Origin: Phototrophicales bacterium
GTDB taxonomy: Bacteria > Chloroflexota > Anaerolineae > Aggregatilineales > Phototrophicaceae
DNA length: 34,230 bases
NCBI GenBank assembly: GCA_002794515.1
Contig: PGTJ01000001.1
Location: forward strand, 1 to 34,230
Direction: 5' to 3'
Part shown: positions 25,522-34,230 of the stretch, in pieces
How the letters are laid out: each line of letters begins with the position of its first letter
How positions within the stretch are numbered: position 1 is the stretch's first letter
Position numbers and translations under genes: made by a program
The notes under the pieces: model-generated
What the model was told of the DNA's origin: nothing
Seen by the model: the letters and a program-made list of their open reading frames with translations, nothing else
Databases searched by the model: none

Positions 25522-28500
25522 ATGAATAATCAACGCATTGGGCAGTATGAAATCATAGAAGAAATTGGGCGTGGTGGCATGGCGACTGTTTATCGCGCCA
25601 AGCAACTGAATGCCGACCGATTCGTGGCTATTAAGGTCATTCATAATAATATTGCCGCCGATAAATCGGCATTAGAGCGATTCATCCGTGAAGCCCGTCT
25701 GGTCGCCCGTTTAGAGCATCCGTACATTATCCCCGTATACGATTATGATGGTGTGCATAACCCACCGTATATCGTCATGCGCTTTTTGGAAAGTGGCACA
25801 TTGAAAGATGTGTTGGATAGAGGGGCGATTCCATTAAACGAGATTGCCCACATGATGCGTCAAATCGCCAGCGCGTTAGATTATGCCCATCGGCAAGGGG
25901 TGATTCACCGCGACATTAAGCCGAGCAACATCATGATTGATGCCGAGGGCAATGCGTATCTGACCGATTTCGGCATCGCCCGTTTTAGCGAGTCGGGCAA
26001 TGATATGACGGGTCTCACGCATACGGGACTGACGGTGGGTACACCCGGTTATATGGCACCTGAACAAGGGCTTGGGCAGAAAGTTGATGAGCGTGCCGAT
26101 ATTTATGCGCTCGGTGTCATGCTGTTTCAGATGGCGACAGGCACGATGCCCTATAGCGCAGAAACACCGATGGCACTCGTCCTCAAGCATATCCAAGCAC
26201 CTATCCCATCAGCGCGGAGCATAAAACCCGATTTGCCCCCAGAATTCGATACCATCATCCGCAAAGCAATGGCGAAAGACCCCGCCGACCGCTATCAGAC
26301 GGGGCGCGAACTGAGCGATGCTATCACCCAACTGGTCGGCATCAGCGCTTTGACCGAACAGCCAACCATGCTCAAGACAATGGCGCTCAATATTATCGAT
26401 GACCTGCGTCGCATCCGTGAAGAACGCGGCTCACAGACCAATATCACCCCTGTCATGGGCGGGTTTGGCAAGCAAATCCCCACACCACCATCAGGTGGAT
26501 ATTTGGGACAACCGAGTGGCACACCCTACCCCAGTTCACCCATGAGCGCCACCCGTCCATCGCGTGCGCCATTGATCATCGGCGGTGTAGTCGTGTTGTT
26601 GCTCATCATCGGGGCGATGGTGGTCATCATCGGTGGGGGCAATGGTGCAACAGATAATCCAATCGCCACTATCGGAGGTGGTGTGGTGATATTACCAAGT
26701 GATACCGTCACCACTGCTCACAGTGATGATAACGATGAAACACCGAGCAATACCCCACCAAGTAATCCCTCTAATACGCCCAATAATGATGTGATTGTGG
26801 TGAATAGCTCACCAACAGCGACAACAACCATGACACCGACACCAACCGATACCCCAACCACAACACCGAGCAATACCCCAACATCCACAGCGACCAACAC
26901 CGCAACACCGCCTACGCCGATTGTCCAAGTACGGACTGACCTGACGGTGCGCTTGGGACCGGGGACAAATTATCCGGTTGTCGCCAATTTGCCCACGGGC
27001 ATCACCCTCGATATTATCGGTGTGAGCCAAGATGGTCGTTGGTATCAGGTACTATTACCCGATGGGTCTGATGGATGGGTGTCTTCGTCACGGTCATTTG
27101 TCAATTTGGCGGGCAATGTGAATGATATTGCGGTGGTCGATGCGCCAACCAATACCCCCTCTTTCACACCGACCAATACGCCAACACCCACACCAACCGA
27201 TACACCGACATTCACCCCATCCCCAACCAATACACCATCGAATACGCCAACAGCCACACCAACCGATACACCAACCAATACACCCACGCCGACCAATACA
27301 CCATCCAATACGCCAACAGCCACGCCAACCGATACACCAACCAATACACTCACACCAACGGCGACCGAAACACCGACCATCACACCATCACCAACATCGG
27401 CGCTGGATGTCACTCTGACACAAATCGCCCGCGATTTCTTCGCCACACAAACCGAATTTTATACCACCCGCGTGGCGGTGATGGTATCGCCAACACCAAC
27501 CGTCACACCTACCCCTGCCCCACAAGGTGGATTGCCGTTCATCGTCGATTTCGAGACGACCAATCCCATCGCCGAATGGGATTACGACCCCGCCACATGG
27601 CAAGTGGTCAATGAAGATGGTCAAAAATTGTTGATTGGACGTGGACGCATCACATCACCGATGGTCGTAGTGGGCAAAGGCAGACCCGACTGGTTGCGCG
27701 AAGATAACTTCGTCATCAGCACCGATTTCAAACTAGAAAGTGGTTCTGGTGGGGCGCGGATTGTGTTCCGTTATAATGAAAACGGTGGGTATCAGGTGGT
27801 CGAATTGTTCCCTGGATTGGTCATTTTGCGACGCAATAATCTCTCGAATCCCAATGTGACCAACCGCGATAACGAGGTGATTATCCAACAAGTAGGGAGC
27901 GCGCCCATCGCCAACGACACATGGCATAATGTGACCATCTGGGCAGATAATCGGCTCATTTATGTATATCTCGATGGGCGGTTGTTGATGCGTGCCGAAG
28001 ACACCAACACACCCTTAAGTGCCGGGCAAATTTTGTTACAAGTGAATGCCAGCAACCGCTCTGTGCGCTTTGATAATTTCACCGTGCAAAAAGCCGAGCC
28101 GTTCAGCAGTCATTTTGAAGGCGCAACCCTGCCCAGCACATGGCAAACCAATAATAGCCTCAAGACGCTCATCACGACCGAAAGCAACAATAACTTTGTA
28201 CAAGTTGATAATAATGTCGAAGTCAAACCGATTATGTCGCCGATTGCCGATTTCACCTTGCGGGCGCGGGTATGGAGTACGAATGGCGGTTACAAATTAT
28301 ATCTGCGCGAGAGTAGCGCGGGCGCATTGGTATTTGATTTGAATGCCGGAAATTTGAACATCAGTCATTTTGATAGCAACGGCTCTGTGATATGGACACG
28401 GCGTGTGGATAATTTTTATACACGCAATGTGTGGCAGGCGCTCGAAATCACCCTGATTGGCGATAAGCTGAAAATCGTCTTAGAGGGACGCACACGATTT

Positions 28501-29328
28501 GAAGATACCCTGCAAAGCACACCACCTGCAGGCACAATCCGCATTGTAACAGGCAATCCCGATTATATGCGCTTCGATGATTTTTTAGTCACACAAACCG
28601 CCGCTTCTGCTAATGCAGAGGCTCAATTCGCCTTTGCCTTACAAGCACAGGTCTTGGCGCGGAATTTTAGACAATTTCGCAGTGATATTGAAGAAGATTT
28701 CTCTACCCCCCTCAATGCGCGTTATTGGTGGGTGGGCAACCAACAGGCGGCGGGCGATTATATCCAAGACCCCGCCTCACCAACGAATCAGACCTTTTTA
28801 CGCATCAACGATTCATCGGGCGATAGCCTCACCTTTCGTCTGATACGCGATGATTATGGGGTGCAGATGTTCGGCACGGGGTCGGATAGGCGCACCTATA
28901 CCGACTCGACCGATTTATACGTCACCGTACTGGCACGCATCCCCAACAACCAACCGGGGTTGGTATCGCTAGGGGTGCGTGTGACCACCACCATCACTGG
29001 TCAAAGTTTAGAAGGTTACTTTTTGGATATGCGGAAAAATGATAATGGCACGGTGGATTTTATCGCCCGTTATACCACCGCCACCGAACAGGTGATTTAT
29101 CATGAGGGCAAAATACCAGGGGCAGAAGATGCCCAATTACCCATATGGGTACCACTCAAGATCATCGTGCATGATGATAAAATCGCCTTTTTCGTCAATG
29201 ATTATTTCATCGCCGCCCAAGATAACATCACCAAATTGGGCGGGACGGTCTCGCTGAGCGTGGGCGATGAGTCTACGGGCGATTTCGATACCCTCGTCAT
29301 CCGCGACACATCACCACATGGGGAATGA
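25522..29328 (+). CDS. Hanks-type Ser/Thr protein kinase with one TM span and a ~900-aa ectodomain (P/T linkers, SH3b, three DUF1080/ConA-like lectin-type modules)
   Basis: Kinase motifs [34 protein letters not shown] and [11 protein letters not shown] span [24 protein letters not shown]3b [47 protein letters not shown]. Modules end in [30 protein letters not shown] and [10 protein letters not shown]. Confidence 0.88.
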   Translation: MNNQRIGQYEIIEEIGRGGMATVYRAKQLNADRFVAIKVIHNNIAADKSALERFIREARLVARLEHPYIIPVYDYDGVHNPPYIVMRFLESGTLKDVLDRGAIPLNEIAHMMRQIASALDYAHRQGVIHRDIKPSNIMIDAEGNAYLTDFGIARFSESGNDMTGLTHTGLTVGTPGYMAPEQGLGQKVDERADIYALGVMLFQMATGTMPYSAETPMALVLKHIQAPIPSARSIKPDLPPEFDTIIRKAMAKDPADRYQTGRELSDAITQLVGISALTEQPTMLKTMALNIIDDLRRIREERGSQTNITPVMGGFGKQIPTPPSGGYLGQPSGTPYPSSPMSATRPSRAPLIIGGVVVLLLIIGAMVVIIGGGNGATDNPIATIGGGVVILPSDTVTTAHSDDNDETPSNTPPSNPSNTPNNDVIVVNSSPTATTTMTPTPTDTPTTTPSNTPTSTATNTATPPTPIVQVRTDLTVRLGPGTNYPVVANLPTGITLDIIGVSQDGRWYQVLLPDGSDGWVSSSRSFVNLAGNVNDIAVVDAPTNTPSFTPTNTPTPTPTDTPTFTPSPTNTPSNTPTATPTDTPTNTPTPTNTPSNTPTATPTDTPTNTLTPTATETPTITPSPTSALDVTLTQIARDFFATQTEFYTTRVAVMVSPTPTVTPTPAPQGGLPFIVDFETTNPIAEWDYDPATWQVVNEDGQKLLIGRGRITSPMVVVGKGRPDWLREDNFVISTDFKLESGSGGARIVFRYNENGGYQVVELFPGLVILRRNNLSNPNVTNRDNEVIIQQVGSAPIANDTWHNVTIWADNRLIYVYLDGRLLMRAEDTNTPLSAGQILLQVNASNRSVRFDNFTVQKAEPFSSHFEGATLPSTWQTNNSLKTLITTESNNNFVQVDNNVEVKPIMSPIADFTLRARVWSTNGGYKLYLRESSAGALVFDLNAGNLNISHFDSNGSVIWTRRVDNFYTRNVWQALEITLIGDKLKIVLEGRTRFEDTLQSTPPAGTIRIVTGNPDYMRFDDFLVTQTAASANAEAQFAFALQAQVLARNFRQFRSDIEEDFSTPLNARYWWVGNQQAAGDYIQDPASPTNQTFLRINDSSGDSLTFRLIRDDYGVQMFGTGSDRRTYTDSTDLYVTVLARIPNNQPGLVSLGVRVTTTITGQSLEGYFLDMRKNDNGTVDFIARYTTATEQVIYHEGKIPGAEDAQLPIWVPLKIIVHDDKIAFFVNDYFIAAQDNITKLGGTVSLSVGDESTGDFDTLVIRDTSPHGE
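27223..27354 (+). repeat. Near-perfect tandem duplication (2 x 66 bp) inside the kinase Pro/Thr linker
   Basis: Copies at 27223-27288 and 27289-27354 encode [22 protein letters not shown] and [22 protein letters not shown]. Only a handful of nucleotide differences between them. Confidence 0.8.
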
Positions 29329-29330
29329 TT

Positions 29331-30521
29331 TCATCCATCGATAATTGCCGAGCGCATCCGCTCCAATGCTTCTTGGAGCAGGTCACGGCGCGTGGCTAAA
29401 TTAATCCGCACGAATCCCTCACCCTCTGCGCCGAAGGTGATCCCCCGATTGAGCGCGACTTTGGCTTTATCCAAAAAGAATCCCTCGAACATGCCCATAA
29501 AGCCGTTTTGGGTGGGTGGACGCGACACAGCCCGTGTATCCCACCAGGTCAGATACGTGGCTTCGGGATGAGTGATGGGCATATTAGGCAAATATTGATT
29601 GACGAATTGTGTGGTTAAATCGCGGTTGGCTTGCATATAAGCTAAAACTTGGCGCAACCAGTCATCCCCATGCTCATACGCCGCGTGCATAGCGACTAAT
29701 CCCAAAATATTGATGTGCAAACCTGCGTTCCATACCATCTCGGCATAACGATTTCGTAATGCTTGATTTTGGATGATGGCAAATGATGCACCCAACCCCG
29801 CGATATTGAAGGTTTTGCTGGGTGCCATCAGGGTAATCGTATTGCGGGCAATCTCTGGGCTTAATGATGCCGTGGGGATATGACGATGATTATCGAATAA
29901 CAAGTCGCAATGGATTTCATCGGATATGATGAGCATTTCATTTTCGAGCGCCACTTCTGCCATCGCACGGATTTCAGCTTCTGTCCACACCCGTCCAACG
30001 GGATTATGGGGATTGCAGAACAAAAAGGTCTTGGTCTTGCCAGGGATAATCGCCGATTGGAACACATCCATATCGATATGATAATGCAAAACGCCATCTT
30101 GTTGGGTATAGACCAACGGTGCAGATTTGGTGAACAAGCCGTTATTGGGTGCGGCAGATAAAAATGGCGGATACACGGGTGTTTGGATGAGGACTTCTTC
30201 GCCCATCCGCCCGAAGGCGCGAATTGCCATATTGAAGCCCGTGACCACGCCAGGAACCCATACGATGTCATCGGGTGAGATATGCCAATTATATAAATCT
30301 GCCATACGCTTAACGAGCAACTCACGCAGGGGTTTATTTTCAAAAGCATATCCAAAAACGCCATGTTCAATGCGCGTTTTGAGGGCTTCAATGACGGGCG
30401 ATGGTGATACAAAATCCATATCGGCAACCCAAAGGGGGATGGTAGACGGGTCATCGAAAATATTATATTTCACACTATCGGTATGATAGCGGTCTATCGG
30501 TTGATCGAAGTGATATGACAT
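29331..30521 (-). CDS. PLP-dependent class I/II aminotransferase of the PatB/MalY (cystathionine beta-lyase-like) type
   Basis: Family-typical N-terminus MSYHFDQPIDRYHTDSVKY. PLP-lysine motif MAPSKTFNIAGLG. AAGGA RBS before ATG 30521; the track start at 30584 adds 21 non-conserved residues. Confidence 0.85.
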   Translation of the reverse strand: MSYHFDQPIDRYHTDSVKYNIFDDPSTIPLWVADMDFVSPSPVIEALKTRIEHGVFGYAFENKPLRELLVKRMADLYNWHISPDDIVWVPGVVTGFNMAIRAFGRMGEEVLIQTPVYPPFLSAAPNNGLFTKSAPLVYTQQDGVLHYHIDMDVFQSAIIPGKTKTFLFCNPHNPVGRVWTEAEIRAMAEVALENEMLIISDEIHCDLLFDNHRHIPTASLSPEIARNTITLMAPSKTFNIAGLGASFAIIQNQALRNRYAEMVWNAGLHINILGLVAMHAAYEHGDDWLRQVLAYMQANRDLTTQFVNQYLPNMPITHPEATYLTWWDTRAVSRPPTQNGFMGMFEGFFLDKAKVALNRGITFGAEGEGFVRINLATRRDLLQEALERMRSAIIDG

Positions 30522-30605
30522 GATGATATCCTTTTTGGGGTATGATTGATAAAACCCTGCGATAGGCGTTGATAAGTGCCACAACGCCTATCGCCATTCA
30601 CAATT

Positions 30606-33308
30606 TTAATATGCCTGTAAAAATACGATTTGCCCATTCAGATTGGCATACCACGCGGGCAACCAACCAATGCCGAACAATTCGAGTTGAATATCTTTCT
30701 TGAACGGTGCAACGATGTATTCACGGGTTTGGTTAATCACATTCGCCCAATAATCATTAGTCTTTTGCACTTGTTCTTCAAATTCCATCTCAATGCGATC
30801 GAGTTCGCGTTCTAAATCGCTCATGACCTCTTTGCGCTCGCGGATGTTATCTTTGGTATTGCGTTGATAGCGCGATGTGCGGCTCATGCGCGAGAGGGTA
30901 TAATTGGTGCGTCCGCGCATCAGGCTGGTGATGGCTTCGCCTGTGGTGAAGAGTTGCTCGCGTTGCAACCCCTTGAGTTGTGTTTGTTCAGAGCGAATAT
31001 CGCGTTCAGTCTTGCGGAGTTTGGCTTCTGCTTTGTCCATCATATCGCCATATTTTTGGGCGAGTTTATCGATAGCCATATCGCGTTGTTCACGGGCGGC
31101 AATTTGCACTTGTGCTTGGAACTCGCTGTAATCGGTATCGGGATTGCCATAAATATTCAGCACATCATTATAAGGCAAAATCAGCTGGGCGGTGTTATAA
31201 AGCATATCCACGACTTCTTTCTTGAGCGCGTTCAAGCGGGCTGTATCGGCTAATCCCGATGATAGCTCGCCGAAAGCGGCGGGCATTTGTGGATTTTGCT
31301 CAATCGTACGGGCTTCGATGGGGTCGATCATGAAATCTTCCCAATGGACGATGCCCATGCGTTGCAAATCGGTGACGAAATAAGTGAACATGCGCGCTGT
31401 ATAGATATTGGCTTTGCGGTCGGCATAGCGGATCATGGCTTGTGCCAATAATCCGGGCTTATACACCAATTGCGCCTGAACACCACTGCCACCAGCGCTA
31501 TAAATCCCTGTGCGTTGCGACCATTGTTGGAGCGAGGCTTGATAGGGAATCCGCACGGGTAAGAAATATTGAGATATGGTGCTGGATAGCGGTGGTGGAT
31601 TATTGCTATAACCTGTGATGCCACTCGGCACGGAAAGGACGGGCGATGTGGGCATCGGTGGTTGAGTGGGCATGGTTTGTTGTGGCACACCCGCCGATTG
31701 CGCGGTGAAGGTCATCGGTGGTGGGGGTGGCATGTGTGTGGCACGCGTATTGGGCAATGGTGGTGGGACGGGCGCGCTCATGCTAGTCGGCAAGGTCGGT
31801 GGCGGTGGCGGTGGTTGCAAACCCGCTTGTTGTTGCCATGTCGGTTTGGGGACTTGCATGGCTTGCTGTTGTAATGTCACCATCAATTCTTCGCGTTGAC
31901 GGCTCATCAGCAATTGGATTTGTTGCCGTGTGAGCGGACCGCGCAGGTAACTCATCGCCCAACGACTATGCACCAACATCGGACCCGCCTCGTTATGCAC
32001 ATTCCGCATAAGGAACACCCGCGGGGCAATATCGGCGATGAGTGTTTCAATATCGCGCAAGCTCAGGCTATCATTGACATTCGCCATCGCCTGTAAGCCA
32101 TCCATGACGCGCTTGCGGTCGTTATCTGATTGTAACCGTCCAATAAACCACGTCCCGGCATTGGTCAAACCTTTATAATCGAGGTCGCCCGGATTTTGTG
32201 TGGCGAGGACTAATCCCAAGCCGAAGGCGCGGGCTTGTTTGAGCAGGCGCATGAGCGGGTCTTTGGTGGGCGGATTTTTGGGATATGGCGGAAAATAACC
32301 GAACATCTCATCGATATATAAAATTGCCCGCAAGCTGGTCGTGCCTTGTTGGGTACGCATCCAACCGAGCATATTCTCTAAGATTAGGGTGACGATGAAT
32401 TGACGTTCTGGCTCAGATAAATGGGCGATATAAAAAATGGATGTACGCGGTCTGCCATTGGGTTGGTAAAGCAGTTGATGAATATCCAACGATTGCCCAT
32501 TAATCCACGATTGGAATGACGGTGCGGCGATGATGTTATTCATCTCCATCGCCAATTTGGTGCGGGCTTTTTCTGGGAAGTATTTTTCGATGGGAAACAC
32601 ACCTAAGGTATCGAAGGGCGGTTTTTGGATTTGTAAGATGATGTCTTCGAGGGTGAGGTCTTTGCCTTGTTTCCAGGCATTTTCAAAAATATTAGAGATG
32701 AGGACATGTTCACGGTCTTTGACAGGTTCAGCATTAATGCCCGCTAAAGCTAAAATCGCCGATGTTAATCCTTTGATTTGTTCACGATGCGCTTCTTCAT
32801 TCACCGTCCAGCCTTCACGCGGGGCGCGGAGCGAGGCGAGGATGCTGATCGGCAAACCCGCATCGGATCCTGGCGTATAAATGCTATATTTGCTCGCCAG
32901 TTGCAACCAACGCACACGGTCTGGGACGATGCCCCAATTTTCTAAGCCCGTTTTCCATTTTTGTGCCACATCCGCCGCATATTGTGGAATATCCATATTG
33001 GCACGACGGGCATCATCGACATTCACCCACGGCTCGAAATCTTCGGGGCGCATATCGGGAAAGGTGAGCAATAGATTGGTGATGTCGCCTTTGGGGTCGA
33101 TGACAATGGCGGGGATATTATCTAAAATCGCCTCTTCTAATAAGGTGATACATAACCCTGTTTTGCCACTCCCCGTCATACCGACAACAACCGCATGTGT
33201 CGTCAGGTCGCGGGCATCATAATAGACGACATTATTGGTCAAACGGTTGGTGGTGGGGTCATATTCACGCCCCAAGTAAAAATTAGCCTTTGCTTCTATA
33301 AATGCCAT
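30606..33308 (-). CDS. HerA/YjgR(DUF853)-like P-loop ATPase with an internal poly-proline tract and a C-terminal coiled-coil domain
   Basis: GGGAG RBS 7 nt before ATG 33308. Walker A VVVGMTGSGKTG followed by VIDPKGD. Walker B ILYIDEMFGYF. LVLATQNPGDLDYKGLTNAGTWFIGRLQSDNDRKRV. P/Q-rich region PPPPPPTLP..MPPPPPM. Charged heptad-like tail. Confidence 0.8.
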   Translation of the reverse strand: MAFIEAKANFYLGREYDPTTNRLTNNVVYYDARDLTTHAVVVGMTGSGKTGLCITLLEEAILDNIPAIVIDPKGDITNLLLTFPDMRPEDFEPWVNVDDARRANMDIPQYAADVAQKWKTGLENWGIVPDRVRWLQLASKYSIYTPGSDAGLPISILASLRAPREGWTVNEEAHREQIKGLTSAILALAGINAEPVKDREHVLISNIFENAWKQGKDLTLEDIILQIQKPPFDTLGVFPIEKYFPEKARTKLAMEMNNIIAAPSFQSWINGQSLDIHQLLYQPNGRPRTSIFYIAHLSEPERQFIVTLILENMLGWMRTQQGTTSLRAILYIDEMFGYFPPYPKNPPTKDPLMRLLKQARAFGLGLVLATQNPGDLDYKGLTNAGTWFIGRLQSDNDRKRVMDGLQAMANVNDSLSLRDIETLIADIAPRVFLMRNVHNEAGPMLVHSRWAMSYLRGPLTRQQIQLLMSRQREELMVTLQQQAMQVPKPTWQQQAGLQPPPPPPTLPTSMSAPVPPPLPNTRATHMPPPPPMTFTAQSAGVPQQTMPTQPPMPTSPVLSVPSGITGYSNNPPPLSSTISQYFLPVRIPYQASLQQWSQRTGIYSAGGSGVQAQLVYKPGLLAQAMIRYADRKANIYTARMFTYFVTDLQRMGIVHWEDFMIDPIEARTIEQNPQMPAAFGELSSGLADTARLNALKKEVVDMLYNTAQLILPYNDVLNIYGNPDTDYSEFQAQVQIAAREQRDMAIDKLAQKYGDMMDKAEAKLRKTERDIRSEQTQLKGLQREQLFTTGEAITSLMRGRTNYTLSRMSRTSRYQRNTKDNIRERKEVMSDLERELDRIEMEFEEQVQKTNDYWANVINQTREYIVAPFKKDIQLELFGIGWLPAWYANLNGQIVFLQAY

Positions 33309-33356
33309 TTTCATGCTCCCATAAAAGGTTATTCGGACGAAACACAACGCACATCG

Positions 33357-33605
33357 CTAATTGGGTGTATCTAGGTTTTGACTATTTAATTGTAGCAACT
33401 TTTCCCAATTTATAGCGCCATCTGGTAGACAAAAGTGTTGAACAAACAGGGTGGTTAAGGTGTTGATACCCGATTTAATCTGCACCAAATAGTGCGTATC
33501 CGATTTGATAAACTCTAAATCGACACCTGCAAATGTCGATTTATACCCACCATATGTTTTTGAGGCAATAAATATGGCTAGTGCTTCTAAAAAGTCACCA
33601 AACAT
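33357..33605 (-). pseudogene. Fragment resembling the catalytic core of a PD-(D/E)XK type II restriction endonuclease
   Basis: The 82-aa ORF contains GDFLEALA..FAGVDLEFIKSDTHYLVQIKSGIN (a D..E..x-I-K-S-G-x-N pattern seen in several REase families). It is far too short for a full enzyme. It overlaps the methylase fragment out of frame. Visibly more AT-rich than its surroundings. Confidence 0.35.
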
Positions 33606-33897
33606 GGTTTCCTTGCTTTCGGAGCGCCAAAATTAACTCTAAAACATACGTGTGGCGTTCACCATTCACCGCTTTTTCTTTGATATTGAGTATGAATGTG
33701 CCTGTTGGTTTTAAGACACGCAAAAATTCGGCAGATTTTGGCAAAAACCAGTCCACATAATCATCTGGGCTAACCCCACCATAAGTTTTGACACGCTGAT
33801 CGGCATACGGGGGTGATGTCACAATGAGGTCTATGCTATTCTCTGGAAATATCTTGAGGATATTCTCACAATCACCACAATAAATCTGATTCCACAT
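33595..33897 (-). pseudogene. N-terminal half of a beta-class N4-C/N6-A DNA methyltransferase, truncated before the AdoMet-binding motif
   Basis: MWNQIYCGDCENILKIFPENSIDLIVTSPPYADQR (motif IV SPPY), then GTFILNIKE..YVLELILALRKQG, then a premature stop. No FxGxG motif I in any frame downstream, with only ~240 nt left before the next gene. Confidence 0.65.
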
Positions 33898-33933
33898 GAA
33901 TCGAACCACTCCATCTTCTGACAAGTGATAACA

Positions 33934-33960
33934 CAGAGGCGTACACATGGCACGCCTCTG
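33934..33960 (-). terminator. Hairpin downstream of the PLD gene (possible terminator)
   Basis: Perfect 9-bp stem CAGAGGCGT / ACGCCTCTG with a 9-nt loop, 35 nt after the PLD stop on the minus strand. The trailing sequence is only weakly T-rich. Confidence 0.35.
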
Positions 33961-33994
33961 CTCACCAAGATTATTCTATTATAGCACGATTTTT

Positions 33995-34230
33995 CTATCC
34001 ACAGCGCATATCGGCACGATTTGGTCGGCGGGCTTGGCTCAACATCCGCTCATATTCTTCAATATATAGTCGTGCAATATCGGGGCTTTGGATGATGACC
34101 AAGTTTTCATCATTGCTACGAGTGGCATTATTCGAGATGTTGAATGAGCCTGTGATGACGGTTGTTTCATCGACAATGAACACCTTATGATGCAAGGTGA
34201 AGGGATTGCCATCTTGATAAACATCTAAGC
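33995..34230 (-). CDS. Phospholipase-D-family (Nuc-like HKD) nuclease, C-terminal part; the gene continues beyond the window edge
   Basis: The frame is open to position 34230 (LDVYQDGNPFTLHHKVFIVDETTVITGSFNISNNATRSNDENLVII). This carries the HxK(x)4D(x)6GSxN HKD motif, laid out like small Nuc-type endonucleases. The TTG at 34195 in the ORF track is internal. Confidence 0.75.
   Translation of the reverse strand, partial: LDVYQDGNPFTLHHKVFIVDETTVITGSFNISNNATRSNDENLVIIQSPDIARLYIEEYERMLSQARRPNRADMRCG

Noticed and set aside
27120-27400. Repetitive stretch that looks array-like at first glance (CRISPR or minisatellite)
   Set aside because: It is in frame within the kinase ORF and encodes a PT-rich linker. 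There is no repeat-spacer alternation and no palindromic repeat unit.
27045-27446. 133-aa Gly/Val-rich ORF on the - strand
   Set aside because: This is the same antisense artefact, here of the Pro/Thr linker inside the Ser/Thr kinase gene.
29861-30454. 197-aa alternative-frame ORF within the aminotransferase gene
   Set aside because: It is on the same strand but out of frame with a gene that carries clear PLP-enzyme motifs. Its composition is unprotein-like.

Overview
This is a 34.2-kb chromosomal segment that is almost entirely coding: about 30 protein genes and one tRNA-Arg. I saw no rRNA, CRISPR array, transposase or integrase. The gene style includes many secreted or lipoproteins with Pro/Thr-rich linkers, SH3b and LysM modules, VanW, a class A PBP and a Hanks-type kinase, with mid-range GC by eye. 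This suggests a Chloroflexota-like bacterium, but that is inference only. From left to right the window holds:
- a LysM-GH hydrolase
- an orphan 7TM histidine kinase translationally coupled to a NUDIX hydrolase
- a class A PBP
- a sensory operon (periplasmic lipoprotein, histidine kinase, two stand-alone receivers) preceded by an RBS-sequestering hairpin
- htpG
- an SH3b lipoprotein
- a 2x PPC-like secreted protein
- tRNA-Arg(ACG)
- a TIM-barrel isomerase
- a TolB-like propeller
- a CUT1-type sugar ABC importer without an ATPase gene
- a second SH3b protein and a lipoprotein
- a small acidic protein coupled to VanW
- a DUF177-rpoD operon
- a 1268-aa Ser/Thr kinase with a large lectin-like ectodomain
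- a PatB/MalY-type aminotransferase

Most of the window is ordinary housekeeping, envelope and signalling content. The only part that looks accessory is the right-hand ~3.7 kb. It carries a 900-aa HerA/YjgR-like P-loop ATPase with a poly-proline tract and a coiled-coil tail. Directly upstream lie a wrecked restriction-modification pair and a Nuc-like PLD nuclease gene that runs off the window edge. That region is my best candidate for an undescribed or degenerate defence-type system, but the evidence is contextual and weak. All family assignments come from motifs read by eye; no searches were run.
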